From positions 8,802 through 72,801 of IMG/VR virus record IMGVR_UViG_3300030390_001111: DNA of 64,000 nucleotides; one strand, given 5' to 3'. Every line of letters starts with the position of its first letter. Position 1 is the first letter of the stretch. Below are positions 10,421 to 19,386 of the stretch, piece after piece. The translations under genes were made by a program, and so were the position numbers. This DNA comes from a virus. The notes beneath the pieces are model-generated. The model had not been told where the DNA came from. It saw nothing but the letters and a program-made list of their open reading frames with translations, and searched no databases.

Positions 10421-11080
10421 TTATAACTCCGGAATTTTTGCATATGTAATATAAATATCATTTGCATTTGCTTCCATGTATTTAGCTTTATTTTGGTTGA
10501 ACCCTTTTATCTTAGAAAAAGATGTGGGTGGATTATATAGTTCCCATTGCAATCCTTTACGCATTGCAAAATCACATATCTTTGCATTCTCTTCAAATAT
10601 AAGTGGACGCATATGATTGTAATCTGTATATGCTGGTCTATAGTCTGGGTAATGCTCTGGAGTAAAATCCATTACTTCACACCACCATGCAAAACTCTTT
10701 TGACTTTCACGATAGCATAGTGCAATGTAATCACCTGCAAAGTGATTCCATATGTAATCAAGGTTAAAATGTCTTGCAAATTGATGACTTTTTATTACAC
10801 GTATACCTTCACCTGTAAATATTTCGTCAATATCATCTTGTAGTTCAGCTGGAGTCATGTAATTAAAATCTATCCAGTTTTCTCCACATCCCATTCCTGG
10901 GCCAAAGTAACTACCTGAATGTCCATTAAATAGATCATTAGGATTTAATGGTCTATGATAAAATCTACGTTCGTCTGTTTCATCTGAACGATCTGCATCA
11001 ATGACTTCTCTAAGTCCTGTGTCTACTCCACTCCATTTACTGCCTGGAACTCCACAAAACCAGATGTTCTGTTTATTCAT
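10421..11080 (-). CDS. hypothetical protein, possible sulfotransferase-like P-loop fold
   Basis: N-terminal GVPGSKWS, central IKSH and CYR resemble sulfotransferase PSB/KxH/R motifs. Confidence 0.35.
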   Translation of the reverse strand: MNKQNIWFCGVPGSKWSGVDTGLREVIDADRSDETDERRFYHRPLNPNDLFNGHSGSYFGPGMGCGENWIDFNYMTPAELQDDIDEIFTGEGIRVIKSHQFARHFNLDYIWNHFAGDYIALCYRESQKSFAWWCEVMDFTPEHYPDYRPAYTDYNHMRPLIFEENAKICDFAMRKGLQWELYNPPTSFSKIKGFNQNKAKYMEANANDIYITYAKIPEL

Positions 11081-11105
11081 TATTGTATATACCTTCCAAC
11101 TAGGA

Positions 11106-11127
11106 AAAGGAGACTGATGCCTCCTTT
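11106..11127 (-). terminator. intrinsic terminator-like hairpin
   Basis: AAAGGAG...CTCCTTT stem directly after the stop of ORF 11130. Confidence 0.55.
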
Positions 11128-11129
11128 AG

Positions 11130-11444
11130 TTATTTAAAATATTTTCCTAGAAATCCGCCTACGCCATTTAATACATCAGATTTAACTAATTCAAAATCAA
11201 TCTTAACTTGGATGTCTTTGATATCATCTTTCATTATATGATTGAAAACATCTTGTCCATCTTTTTCAATTCTTACAAGATCTTCTTTTGTCATAGTTAC
11301 TTGTCTACCATCAACTAAATCTATGATAATTTCAAGTATGTATTCGGCTGGCACGTGATCTAGTGAAACCTGATCGAATATAATGTCAAACGATCTGTCT
11401 TTTCGCTCAATTGGCATTCCACTAATCCTCTTATGAAGTGACAC
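11130..11444 (-). CDS. hypothetical protein
   Basis: Fills the gap in a co-oriented run. Confidence 0.6.
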   Translation of the reverse strand: MSLHKRISGMPIERKDRSFDIIFDQVSLDHVPAEYILEIIIDLVDGRQVTMTKEDLVRIEKDGQDVFNHIMKDDIKDIQVKIDFELVKSDVLNGVGGFLGKYFK

Positions 11445-11477
11445 TAATTACTCTAGTGGACTAAACCACTATACTAT

Positions 11478-12089
11478 TTACTCTGCTGGTGCAGGTGCTT
11501 TGGCTGGTCTGCCTCTGCGTGGCTTCAATGAAGGATCAAGTTCGTAAGCCTGTGCTTTTAGATTTTCAGCTTCAGCTTCAAATCCTTGAGCTTGATTCAG
11601 CATGCTCTTAGCAAGTTCTACATCGCCCATTACTGGTGCGTCTACAGGTGGTTGTCCAATTTCTGGAATATCACCTAAGTCACGTGCTGCTGGTTGCATT
11701 TGTGTAGTATCTGGTGCTACAACAGGTGCTCCATCAGTATCTTCTCTAATAATATCATTCAGTTCTTTTAAATTAACTGATACACTATTATTAGGAGTCA
11801 TTGCAACTTTTTCTGTAGGAAATTTAATTAAACGTCCTGAACTATGTAATGTTTGTAACATATTAGTTCCGTCAGTAAAAACTGTTCTTTCAGCATACTC
11901 GTAAAAGTTTGCACTTGATTGTGCTCCGTTTGATTCAACGGCTGTCATTAGATCATCATGCATCCAATCTGGAGCTGCATCTGTATCTACAAGTAGACAA
12001 CTGTTTTGATCATCTGGTAGTTCGCGAAAGACTACAATACACTTCTTTTGTGTATTAATAATCTGTCCTACATGTTTAATGTTTGCCAT
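11478..12089 (-). CDS. hypothetical protein with basic C-terminal tail
   Basis: 203-aa ORF, GGAG SD, AT-hook-like KPRRGRP tail. Confidence 0.7.
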   Translation of the reverse strand: MANIKHVGQIINTQKKCIVVFRELPDDQNSCLLVDTDAAPDWMHDDLMTAVESNGAQSSANFYEYAERTVFTDGTNMLQTLHSSGRLIKFPTEKVAMTPNNSVSVNLKELNDIIREDTDGAPVVAPDTTQMQPAARDLGDIPEIGQPPVDAPVMGDVELAKSMLNQAQGFEAEAENLKAQAYELDPSLKPRRGRPAKAPAPAE

Positions 12090-12092
12090 AAT

Positions 12093-12323
12093 TTACTTCT
12101 CCTTAGAAGCCTCAGCCTCATCTTCTGGCTTTGCTTCTTCTTCTGGTGTGTTAGCTTTAACAAAAGCTACTAGTTTTTCAAAGCATGTTCCAACTTGTGT
12201 TGCTTCTGCTGCCTTGAATGCTCCTCGTTGCGTAGCAAGATCAATTATATTGCAAGCCATTACAATGTCTGCAATTTGAATCTGCGCCGTAGCGTTAGAG
12301 TCTTGTTTATTTTCTTCGCTCAT
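12093..12323 (-). CDS. hypothetical protein
   Basis: GAGGAG SD and a GATAAATA box upstream. Confidence 0.65.
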   Translation of the reverse strand: MSEENKQDSNATAQIQIADIVMACNIIDLATQRGAFKAAEATQVGTCFEKLVAFVKANTPEEEAKPEDEAEASKEK

Positions 12324-12372
12324 TTTTATATTCTCCTCGAGTTAAAAATAATTATATACTATGTTTATTTAT

Positions 12373-12666
12373 CTACGCAGATGCGAGTTTATTTAACATA
12401 AGTTTTTTCTCAAATTTATCTAAGTCCTTTAAGTCCTCAAACCATATTTGAAATACCATATTTGACTTGTCGACGGGCCTAATATGATAGAACGCCGTTA
12501 CTTCTGATGTTAACCCATCCCAATCAATTGATGATTTAGGATCATTCGCAACAAGTAAAACCCTGTTACGCATCATGTTAACTATGATGTCAGTGTCACT
12601 TAAAAGTTGTAAATCACTTTCACTTAAACTTCCACTGTTCTTTACGAGCTTCAAGTTACTGTTCAT
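12373..12666 (-). CDS. hypothetical protein
   Basis: Start moved to MNSNLK, overlapping the vWA gene stop. Confidence 0.55.
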   Translation of the reverse strand: MNSNLKLVKNSGSLSESDLQLLSDTDIIVNMMRNRVLLVANDPKSSIDWDGLTSEVTAFYHIRPVDKSNMVFQIWFEDLKDLDKFEKKLMLNKLASA

Positions 12667-13885
12667 AATGTATAGTAACTCCAAATGGTGCTTCAATCTT
12701 TCTTTGTGCATCACCGTGAATAACGTGTAGCACATCACAGTAATCTGGGTTACCCCAACTACCCCAAGGATAGCCATCTGTGAACATTACCATTTGATCT
12801 GGCTCAATTCCTTCTTGTTCCATGTAGTTATAAACTACATCAAAATCTGTTCCACCGCCACCTGTAATTTCGTATTCGTTCATTGAACGCCCGTCATCAC
12901 TTGTAAATGTTTCTGGGGCATATACGTTTGTATCAAACTGTGCAATATGAATTTTGTAACTTTGATACTGATCCATAATACCTTGCACTTCTGATAGGAA
13001 GTCACGCAACATTGTTTGACTTATACTTCCACTTGTATCTAAAAATACGGCAACATTTAATTCTTCGTCTTTGTTCATGCCTGGAAATAATACTTCACCT
13101 GAACGTTTACTTGGACGCATAAATGTAAAATCATTCTTAAGAGAACTTTCTAGTTGTGTTCTTAACACATCTCGCCAATCCATTTTAGGTGAAACAAGTT
13201 CACTAATCATTCTTCTTACTGCTTCTGGCACATCTGGTCCTGCACTTTGAGCCGCTTGTATTACAGCCTGCTTAACTTCATCTTGTAGTGCTTTACGTTC
13301 TTCTTCAGACATAGTTACTTGAACATTCTTACCATCTGCATCACCTTCACCGTCACCTGATCCGTCACCAAGTTCTATGTGAACATCCATGCCGCCACCT
13401 TCACCTGCGCCATCTTCAATTAGTTTATCATAAATCTCATATGAATTTAATCCACGATACTTCCAATCTAAACACATGTTTCCGCCATCTAATGATTCTG
13501 ACTTAATAGGTTCTCCTACATGATGTTCTACTAGTGTCATGTTAATGTTGAAGTCTGCAGCTGCATTCCAAATCAATTTCTTGCGTTCGCCTCTCGCACC
13601 CATGTGATCGTATACAACATGCAGAACTTCATGGCCTACTAAAAAATCAAGTTCTGGATCGGATAGACGATTAATGAAGTCTACATTGTATAAAAACCTT
13701 TTGCCATCTGTAGCGGCAGTAGGAATATAACTAGTTGCATCTTCAAGTCTAAGGCGAGTTGCTAGTTGTCCAAAGAAAGGCTTTGTGAGTAGCAATCTAA
13801 CACGGCTTTGTGTAATACGTTCAACTGCGGTTTTTTGCATTTCTGTAATCTCCGTAACTTGAGTTTTTTCGATAGTATCTAACAT
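12656..13885 (-). CDS. vWA-like / putative metallopeptidase protein (DUF2201 type), MoxR partner
   Basis: TAATDG, HEVLH zinc motif, DTSGS MIDAS, GGGTDF, FTDG. Confidence 0.85.
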   Translation of the reverse strand: MLDTIEKTQVTEITEMQKTAVERITQSRVRLLLTKPFFGQLATRLRLEDATSYIPTAATDGKRFLYNVDFINRLSDPELDFLVGHEVLHVVYDHMGARGERKKLIWNAAADFNINMTLVEHHVGEPIKSESLDGGNMCLDWKYRGLNSYEIYDKLIEDGAGEGGGMDVHIELGDGSGDGEGDADGKNVQVTMSEEERKALQDEVKQAVIQAAQSAGPDVPEAVRRMISELVSPKMDWRDVLRTQLESSLKNDFTFMRPSKRSGEVLFPGMNKDEELNVAVFLDTSGSISQTMLRDFLSEVQGIMDQYQSYKIHIAQFDTNVYAPETFTSDDGRSMNEYEITGGGGTDFDVVYNYMEQEGIEPDQMVMFTDGYPWGSWGNPDYCDVLHVIHGDAQRKIEAPFGVTIHYEQ

Positions 13886-13894
13886 TATAGTAGT

Positions 13895-13923
13895 ATTATA
13901 GCATTTATGGTTATTATAGTCAA
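13895..13923 (-). promoter_or_regulatory. sigma70-type promoter
   Basis: TTGACT-17bp-TATAAT, 9 nt upstream of ATG 13885. Confidence 0.7.
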
Positions 13924-13930
13924 CCGTTAA

Positions 13931-14260
13931 TTAGATTGAAAGTTTAAAAAGCATAGCTTCTTCTGGGTTTTTAAAGTAAATTGCATGTGAATCATCATTA
14001 TTTGCATATTTGTGTATCTCAAAATTTTGGTGAAAGCAGTGTGTTCTGCACCATCTTTGGGCTATTGTCAATCTGCCTCTAATACTAACTTTGGTTGATT
14101 CTGCTTTCCATCTATTCTTATATTCAAATATATCTTGTGGTGTTGCATCTTTAAAATCTAATCCGTATAAACGAATGTTTGTCCTTTCTCGAGGTGAGTA
14201 GAGGGAAAGGTCAACTATCTCTCCCTCTCTCAGCTTGGGCGTAATATAACTACTACGCAT
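13931..14260 (-). CDS. hypothetical protein
   Basis: Lies between the MoxR and vWA genes, start overlaps the upstream stop. Confidence 0.55.
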   Translation of the reverse strand: MRSSYITPKLREGEIVDLSLYSPRERTNIRLYGLDFKDATPQDIFEYKNRWKAESTKVSIRGRLTIAQRWCRTHCFHQNFEIHKYANNDDSHAIYFKNPEEAMLFKLSI

Positions 14261-15362
14261 CAAGCACCAAACGTCCGTACCTTGAGAAATATTCCTCAAA
14301 ACGCTCGATTTTGTCTTGCTTAGGAACTAGTTTATATTGTTGCATTGCAACCCTACTAGCCATGATAACCATTTCTGTTTCAAAGTTATCCATCATAAAC
14401 CCAAGCATGTTTGAAAAGCTCTTGTGGTATTTGTCCATCTTACCGGACTTTTCTCCAGTAATGCTACGATCACGTAGTTCGTAACATAGTGAAGTTGCTA
14501 GTGCATACTTGGCACTAATTTCTGTTGACTGCATAGTTTTAACTTTGCCGTCTAACACTTCTACAGGATCTGGTAAGTCGCCTGCAATCTTACGGTGTGC
14601 CATAAACTTAACTGCAACACCTTCTCCTACACAACCTGCAACCAAATCTGTTTGCAATCCATCTGCAAGATCATCTGCATCTTCAATAAGTTCTGAAGTA
14701 AATGTCCAAGCCCTTGGTGTAGCAAATCCTCTTGAACTTGACGCTGGATCAAAGTTATAAAGATCGCCTTTAGCAAACGACAAGTAACCTACAACGTCTG
14801 CATCTATGTCATGTTGCACTGCCCAATTTAACCAATCTTGGAAATCAACACGTAGTTCAAAGTGAACAAACCTGTTCTCAAGTGGCTTAGGCATTCTATA
14901 CGTAACACCTTTATCTGTTTCACGATTACCTGCGGCAATCATTACAACGTTATCTGGTAGTTCGTATTGGCCAATTCTACGATTTAGAATGAGCTGGTAA
15001 CCTGCAGCTTGCACACTTGGTGCAGCAGAGTTCATCTCATCTAGGAACACAATAACAGTATCGTATTGTGCGGCAACTTCTTTGCTTGGCAAATCAGCTG
15101 GTGGGAGCCACTTCATTACACCTGACTTTACGTCAGGAACAGGATAACCACGCAAATCAGTTGGCTCAAACAATGCAAGACGCATATCAATAACTAGGGT
15201 TGAGCCTAGTTCGCCTGAGTCGCCAATGCCTTGCACTAGCTCTGATTTACCAATTCCTGGAGGACCCCATAAAAATACTGGACGCTTCTTTTTAAACGCT
15301 CTAGTAATAAGGGTAGTTGCTTCACTAATCTTAACGGTACGAGTTTCAGTAATAGTTGACAT
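14253..15362 (-). CDS. MoxR-like AAA+ ATPase
   Basis: Walker A GPPGIGKS, Walker B FLDE, AAGNR, NRF, TPRAW. Confidence 0.88.
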   Translation of the reverse strand: MSTITETRTVKISEATTLITRAFKKKRPVFLWGPPGIGKSELVQGIGDSGELGSTLVIDMRLALFEPTDLRGYPVPDVKSGVMKWLPPADLPSKEVAAQYDTVIVFLDEMNSAAPSVQAAGYQLILNRRIGQYELPDNVVMIAAGNRETDKGVTYRMPKPLENRFVHFELRVDFQDWLNWAVQHDIDADVVGYLSFAKGDLYNFDPASSSRGFATPRAWTFTSELIEDADDLADGLQTDLVAGCVGEGVAVKFMAHRKIAGDLPDPVEVLDGKVKTMQSTEISAKYALATSLCYELRDRSITGEKSGKMDKYHKSFSNMLGFMMDNFETEMVIMASRVAMQQYKLVPKQDKIERFEEYFSRYGRLVLDA

Positions 15363-15427
15363 TTTTTCTTCCTTCTTGTTAGTTGACATAATTATATGTT
15401 ACAGTATTTACTTTCAGTTGTCAAGCC

Positions 15428-15580
15428 TTAATTGCCTAATAATTGAATTAAATACCACCACGTATATTCCTTGCTATTTTCAACGCCAAACATCCACAAT
15501 GTATCAATCCACCCTAGGGCAAATATAGTAATTAATGTGCCTGCAATAACGTCTGAAATTGTTGTTTTAAAAGTTGACAT
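15428..15580 (-). CDS. small membrane protein (not in ORF track)
   Basis: Manual translation MSTFKTTISDVIAGTLITIFALGWIDTLWMFGVENSKEYTWWYLIQLLGN (50 aa) downstream of a consensus promoter. Confidence 0.55.
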   Translation of the reverse strand: MSTFKTTISDVIAGTLITIFALGWIDTLWMFGVENSKEYTWWYLIQLLGN

Positions 15581-15605
15581 ATAAATCTCTTTCTTTTTTA
15601 TTAAC

Positions 15606-15645
15606 TATACTTACAGTATACAGTAAGACGTCTTACTTGTCAACC
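15606..15645 (-). promoter_or_regulatory. sigma70 promoter with palindromic spacer (copy 1)
   Basis: TTGACA(15638-43)-17bp-TATACT(15615-20); the spacer holds the perfect palindrome AGTAAGACGTCTTACT. Confidence 0.8.
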
Positions 15646-15709
15646 TTTACATGCAACAAAAAACCCTTATTTTACAATACTTTGTAATTTTTTTTAAATA
15701 AATACGTGT

Positions 15710-16333
15710 ATGAAATACAGTTTTGAGTTCAATATTACCAGTTTTTGCCAGGCAAAATGTGCTAGTTGTGAAAGAACTATCAATGAAGGCAATTTTAAAC
15801 CAACACATTATCCTATAGAAAAATTTGAAAAGACACTAAAAAACCTAAGTAGCCTTAAAATTTATAGGATTACATTATGTGGTGAATGGGGAGACCCTAT
15901 GATGCATCCAGAGATAGAAGATATCATAAGACTTTGCACTGAGCAAGGCTATCGTGTTGAATTAATGACAAATGGTGGATTAAGAACTCCAAAATTTTAT
16001 GAAAGATTAGCAAAAGAACATCCTAGACTTGAACTGTTTTTTTGTATAGATGGATTAGATCACGACACTAATTGGAAGTATAGAGAAGGTGTTGACTGGC
16101 AAAAGGCATGGAATAATATGCATAGCTGGTTTGCTAATGGCGGTGGCGGACAATGGGAAATGTTGCTTTTTACATGGAATCATCATCAACTTGAAGATGC
16201 TAGAAAACATGCACTAAAAAATAAAATTGATATTAACTTTAAAATTAATACCAGAGATGACTTTCCTGGATGTCTAAAATCATATCAAAAGGAGGCAGTG
16301 AGTGAGCGACTCAAAGCAATCTACATGCATTAG
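15710..16333 (+). CDS. radical SAM core domain (SPASM part in the next ORF)
   Basis: CQAKCASC, GEWGDPMMHP, TNGG, IDGL. Confidence 0.85.
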   Translation: MKYSFEFNITSFCQAKCASCERTINEGNFKPTHYPIEKFEKTLKNLSSLKIYRITLCGEWGDPMMHPEIEDIIRLCTEQGYRVELMTNGGLRTPKFYERLAKEHPRLELFFCIDGLDHDTNWKYREGVDWQKAWNNMHSWFANGGGGQWEMLLFTWNHHQLEDARKHALKNKIDINFKINTRDDFPGCLKSYQKEAVSERLKAIYMH

Positions 16334-16670
16334 TTGTATTTTTCATACTAAGAAAAGACGGGATTTTTATATAGATGCGTCTCAGACTGTATGGCCATGC
16401 TGTCATTATGCTAACTTAGGCATAACCGAAAAAGGCGTAGATCAACTATATAAGCTAGATCGAAAATTATGGCAGTCTTTAAAAGATAATCCAGGTTGGA
16501 ATAAAATTAGTAAAAATGATATAGAAAGTATTTTATCAAATGAAATCTATGCACGTGACATATATTTTCCTGGATGGGAAACTACGCCAACGAAGGCATG
16601 TGCAAAATTTTGTGGTGGTGAAGAAAAAGTTTCTTCAAATAAACTAAGGGGCGATTATAATAATAATTAA
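16302..16670 (+). CDS. stand-alone SPASM/twitch domain
   Basis: YIDASQTVWPCCH...CAKFCG; GGAGG SD before the GTG start. Confidence 0.7.
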   Translation: MSDSKQSTCISCIFHTKKRRDFYIDASQTVWPCCHYANLGITEKGVDQLYKLDRKLWQSLKDNPGWNKISKNDIESILSNEIYARDIYFPGWETTPTKACAKFCGGEEKVSSNKLRGDYNNN

Positions 16671-16671
16671 T

Positions 16672-16986
16672 CTAAGTATTCCACTTTGCAACTAACTTAG
16701 CAATCTCGTCTGAAGTTGCAAGTCTAGTAGGTTTAACATTTTGTTGTTGTGGTTTATTTTTCTTCTTTAGTTTAACTTTAAAAGATCCTGTATTGTGTCC
16801 ATCTTGTTCTACTGACACTGTTAATGGATTTCCATTAACCCAACCTTTTATTTCTTCAGACATTTTTCCATGTCCGGTTATAACTATTATAAATTTAAAT
16901 CCTTTTGCATAAGACGTTTCAACATACGCATTAAATTGCTTCCATGCATCATGCACTTTTTGTCCATGTAAATCTAGTTTTTTCAT
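16672..16986 (-). CDS. Smr/MutS2 domain protein
   Basis: LDLHG, VITGHG, NTGS. Confidence 0.85.
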   Translation of the reverse strand: MKKLDLHGQKVHDAWKQFNAYVETSYAKGFKFIIVITGHGKMSEEIKGWVNGNPLTVSVEQDGHNTGSFKVKLKKKNKPQQQNVKPTRLATSDEIAKLVAKWNT

Positions 16987-17177
16987 ATATCTCTTTTTAT
17001 TACAAATTCCATTCCGTGGGAATTTCCTACATACACACCGGTCTTAGTTCGCTTGAACCATAGTGGAACACCGTTGAGTAATACTCTTAATGAGTCTTTT
17101 GTTATGCTGACTATTGTTCCTTCAGCGTCTGTTTCGTGATCAGTGCAATGAACGTTTACTTTATCATCAACTCTCAT
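16983..17177 (-). CDS. hypothetical protein
   Basis: 64-aa ORF tightly packed in the run. Confidence 0.6.
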   Translation of the reverse strand: MRVDDKVNVHCTDHETDAEGTIVSITKDSLRVLLNGVPLWFKRTKTGVYVGNSHGMEFVIKRDI

Positions 17178-17178
17178 T

Positions 17179-17352
17179 TTATTCTTCCATTAATACAAAA
17201 TCTTCTTTGCCTACACTACACACAGGACATACCCAATCGTCTGGGATATTTTCCCATAGTGTTCCTGGTGCAAACCCTTCGTCTGGGTCACCTAGTGCTT
17301 CGTCGTATATATGAAAACAAACTGTGCATTCATATTTTCTATATTTGTCCAT
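17179..17352 (-). CDS. rubredoxin (not in ORF track)
   Basis: Manual translation [57 protein letters not shown] shows the CxxC...CPxC rubredoxin signature. Confidence 0.93.
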   Translation of the reverse strand: MDKYRKYECTVCFHIYDEALGDPDEGFAPGTLWENIPDDWVCPVCSVGKEDFVLMEE

Positions 17353-17353
17353 A

Positions 17354-17686
17354 TTAATCTTTATTCTTAAGCCAACCTTCTGTGCCAGCTAATCTAGCCA
17401 TAAAGGCGTCTTGTTCGCTAAACAATACCATATCTTTTTTATCTATATAATATGGATGTTGCATTTTGCTTTGTAAATCCATTAAGTTACCTGCTAACTT
17501 TCCTGGTGTTTCTACTGTCCAAGATCGACATTTCTTTTTTAATAAGTTAACACCTTTTTTAGTTAGCCTCAGAGACTTTGGCGTCTGAAATAAAAGTCTA
17601 GCACTATTACCTACCACTGTTACGTTTGGTATTAAGTTTACTAGTATTTCACTTTGAATCGCTGTGATCTCTGTTAATTGTTTCAC
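17354..17686 (-). CDS. hypothetical protein
   Basis: 110-aa ORF in the co-oriented run. Confidence 0.6.
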   Translation of the reverse strand: MKQLTEITAIQSEILVNLIPNVTVVGNSARLLFQTPKSLRLTKKGVNLLKKKCRSWTVETPGKLAGNLMDLQSKMQHPYYIDKKDMVLFSEQDAFMARLAGTEGWLKNKD

Positions 17687-17951
17687 CTTCCAACAACCTT
17701 ACTACTTCAAATGATTCCGTATTAAACTTTTTGTTTAATCTGTCTGCTAAGTTAAAAGCATGGCCACTGTTACTAAAGCTAACTTTTTTATACTTAGGTC
17801 CTGGATAGTTTACCAGTGTATTCATTGTTCTTAAATTGATTGGTTTCTTGTTATGGTAAACGGCATATATTGCCTCAGCATCTAAGATTTGTTCTGTGTT
17901 ATAATTCTTATCAACAATCTCTAACATAATATTGGGTTTAGGTCTTGCCAT
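17649..17951 (-). CDS. hypothetical protein
   Basis: MARPKP start, GGAGAG SD and a CTAAATA box upstream. Confidence 0.65.
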   Translation of the reverse strand: MARPKPNIMLEIVDKNYNTEQILDAEAIYAVYHNKKPINLRTMNTLVNYPGPKYKKVSFSNSGHAFNLADRLNKKFNTESFEVVRLLEGETINRDHSDSK

Positions 17952-18005
17952 ACTTTTCTCTCTCCTATACATGTATTTAGCACGATAGAAGAATTAAGTA
18001 GTGTT

Positions 18006-18389
18006 TTATTGGCCAATTACCTTAAAATTATCTCCTGAATATATATTACATGCAACTTGGTTTTCTTCATTTGCAATAACAATACTAAACTCGCCTGTAG
18101 CATCATTTAATGCTATAACTATCACATTAAAAAGTTCTGTTTCTACTATTGCACTACCTGATGCAATAGGCTTTTGCCCACGCTGAGCAAGTATAGCCTG
18201 AACTATTTGAATATTTGTGCATGGAACATCTCTGTTCATTCTAAAAATACTTGGTGTAATTAGTAGTGGTGGTGACGCTTCTGGTGTTGGCGTAACTGGT
18301 TGTGTTTCTTCAGCTTTTACTGGATTAATTGCCCATAAGCAAAGTATTGTTACTGCTATTGTTGTTAAAAGTAAAGTTCTAATGTTCAT
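18006..18389 (-). CDS. secreted hypothetical protein
   Basis: Signal peptide MNIRTLLL...VKA and a Cys pair. Confidence 0.6.
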   Translation of the reverse strand: MNIRTLLLTTIAVTILCLWAINPVKAEETQPVTPTPEASPPLLITPSIFRMNRDVPCTNIQIVQAILAQRGQKPIASGSAIVETELFNVIVIALNDATGEFSIVIANEENQVACNIYSGDNFKVIGQ

Positions 18390-18832
18390 TCTTTCCTCGC
18401 TTTTCGTAACTGTAAATTCATATCCCATTCTGTAAAATATGGACCTTGATATTCATATTTGTCTAAAGTCTCTGCCTTAGGACAATATGCATGTTGCCAT
18501 CCCATTCCATGATATCTAAGTATGTAATAGCCTGCCGCATAAACAACTTTACCTGTTTCTGTTTTACGAAACAATGGTAAAGTTTTATGCTCTGTTGGTA
18601 TAACTACACTGCTATTTGTTGGAAACCCATTAAGTGATTGACTTTCAGCTTTAGTATCTATTTTACGTTCTGCTGTTTTAAATCCATCTAAGGTTTCAAG
18701 TGTAGTTGTTGTTTTATCTCGTTGATCAAAGAACTCGTATAAGTCGCCATGCTTTCGTATAGTTCCTATTTTACTAGAACTAGCTTCTACAATCCAAAAC
18801 TTATCTTTGACTAGTTCTTTAGTAGTAAACAT
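18386..18832 (-). CDS. hypothetical protein
   Basis: 148-aa ORF with overlapping stop/start junctions. Confidence 0.65.
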   Translation of the reverse strand: MFTTKELVKDKFWIVEASSSKIGTIRKHGDLYEFFDQRDKTTTTLETLDGFKTAERKIDTKAESQSLNGFPTNSSVVIPTEHKTLPLFRKTETGKVVYAAGYYILRYHGMGWQHAYCPKAETLDKYEYQGPYFTEWDMNLQLRKARKE

Positions 18833-19117
18833 TTAGCCAACTGCTTCAATTTCTTTGACTTCAACAACATTTTCCATTCTAAAGCTTCTGAATCCACTAG
18901 CTGTTGTATCCCATACAACAAGAATTTCTTCGTTTATCTTTCGAACTTTTTCTTGTGTTATTGCTTCATCTTTCTTTGCAGGCGGTAATGCTGATGGCAT
19001 TAATGTGCATTCCATTACACGTTTGTCACCGTTAATTTTATTAAAAGTAACTTGCATAACATTTTCTTTAAGCAATAATTCTAAATCTTTGCGTTCAATA
19101 ACTAATTTAGATGACAT
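18833..19117 (-). CDS. SH3-like beta-barrel protein (DUF2693/WYL_2-like)
   Basis: VTFNKINGDKRVMECTL...VWD...GFRSFR pattern. Confidence 0.6.
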   Translation of the reverse strand: MSSKLVIERKDLELLLKENVMQVTFNKINGDKRVMECTLMPSALPPAKKDEAITQEKVRKINEEILVVWDTTASGFRSFRMENVVEVKEIEAVG

Positions 19118-19382
19118 GTCCTGCCTCCCTAATTCTACGTTTCCATGCACCACCTTGCTTTTGTTCGTTAAGCTGTAGTCTCATCCATCGTAATGTTGGT
19201 TCTTTAATATGTGGTTCAATTGTAGGATTAACTTCCATTGATTGAATCAGTTGTGTAATTTGTGTTTCTGTTAAACCATTTAAACACATAGTATCCTCTG
19301 TTGCCACTCTTGCCGCTTCTAATCCCATTTCAAATGCTCCTGCGTATTTTCTATTTCTTTTTGTGTTTTTTCCTGTTGCCAT
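19107..19382 (-). CDS. hypothetical protein
   Basis: GGAG SD before MATGK. Confidence 0.55.
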   Translation of the reverse strand: MATGKNTKRNRKYAGAFEMGLEAARVATEDTMCLNGLTETQITQLIQSMEVNPTIEPHIKEPTLRWMRLQLNEQKQGGAWKRRIREAGHVI

Positions 19383-19386
19383 AATA

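Noticed and set aside
17136-17357. 73-aa plus-strand ORF and the many other 60-120 aa plus-strand ORFs in the track
   Set aside because: They lie antisense to well-supported minus-strand genes (here rubredoxin) and lack motifs or SD sequences.
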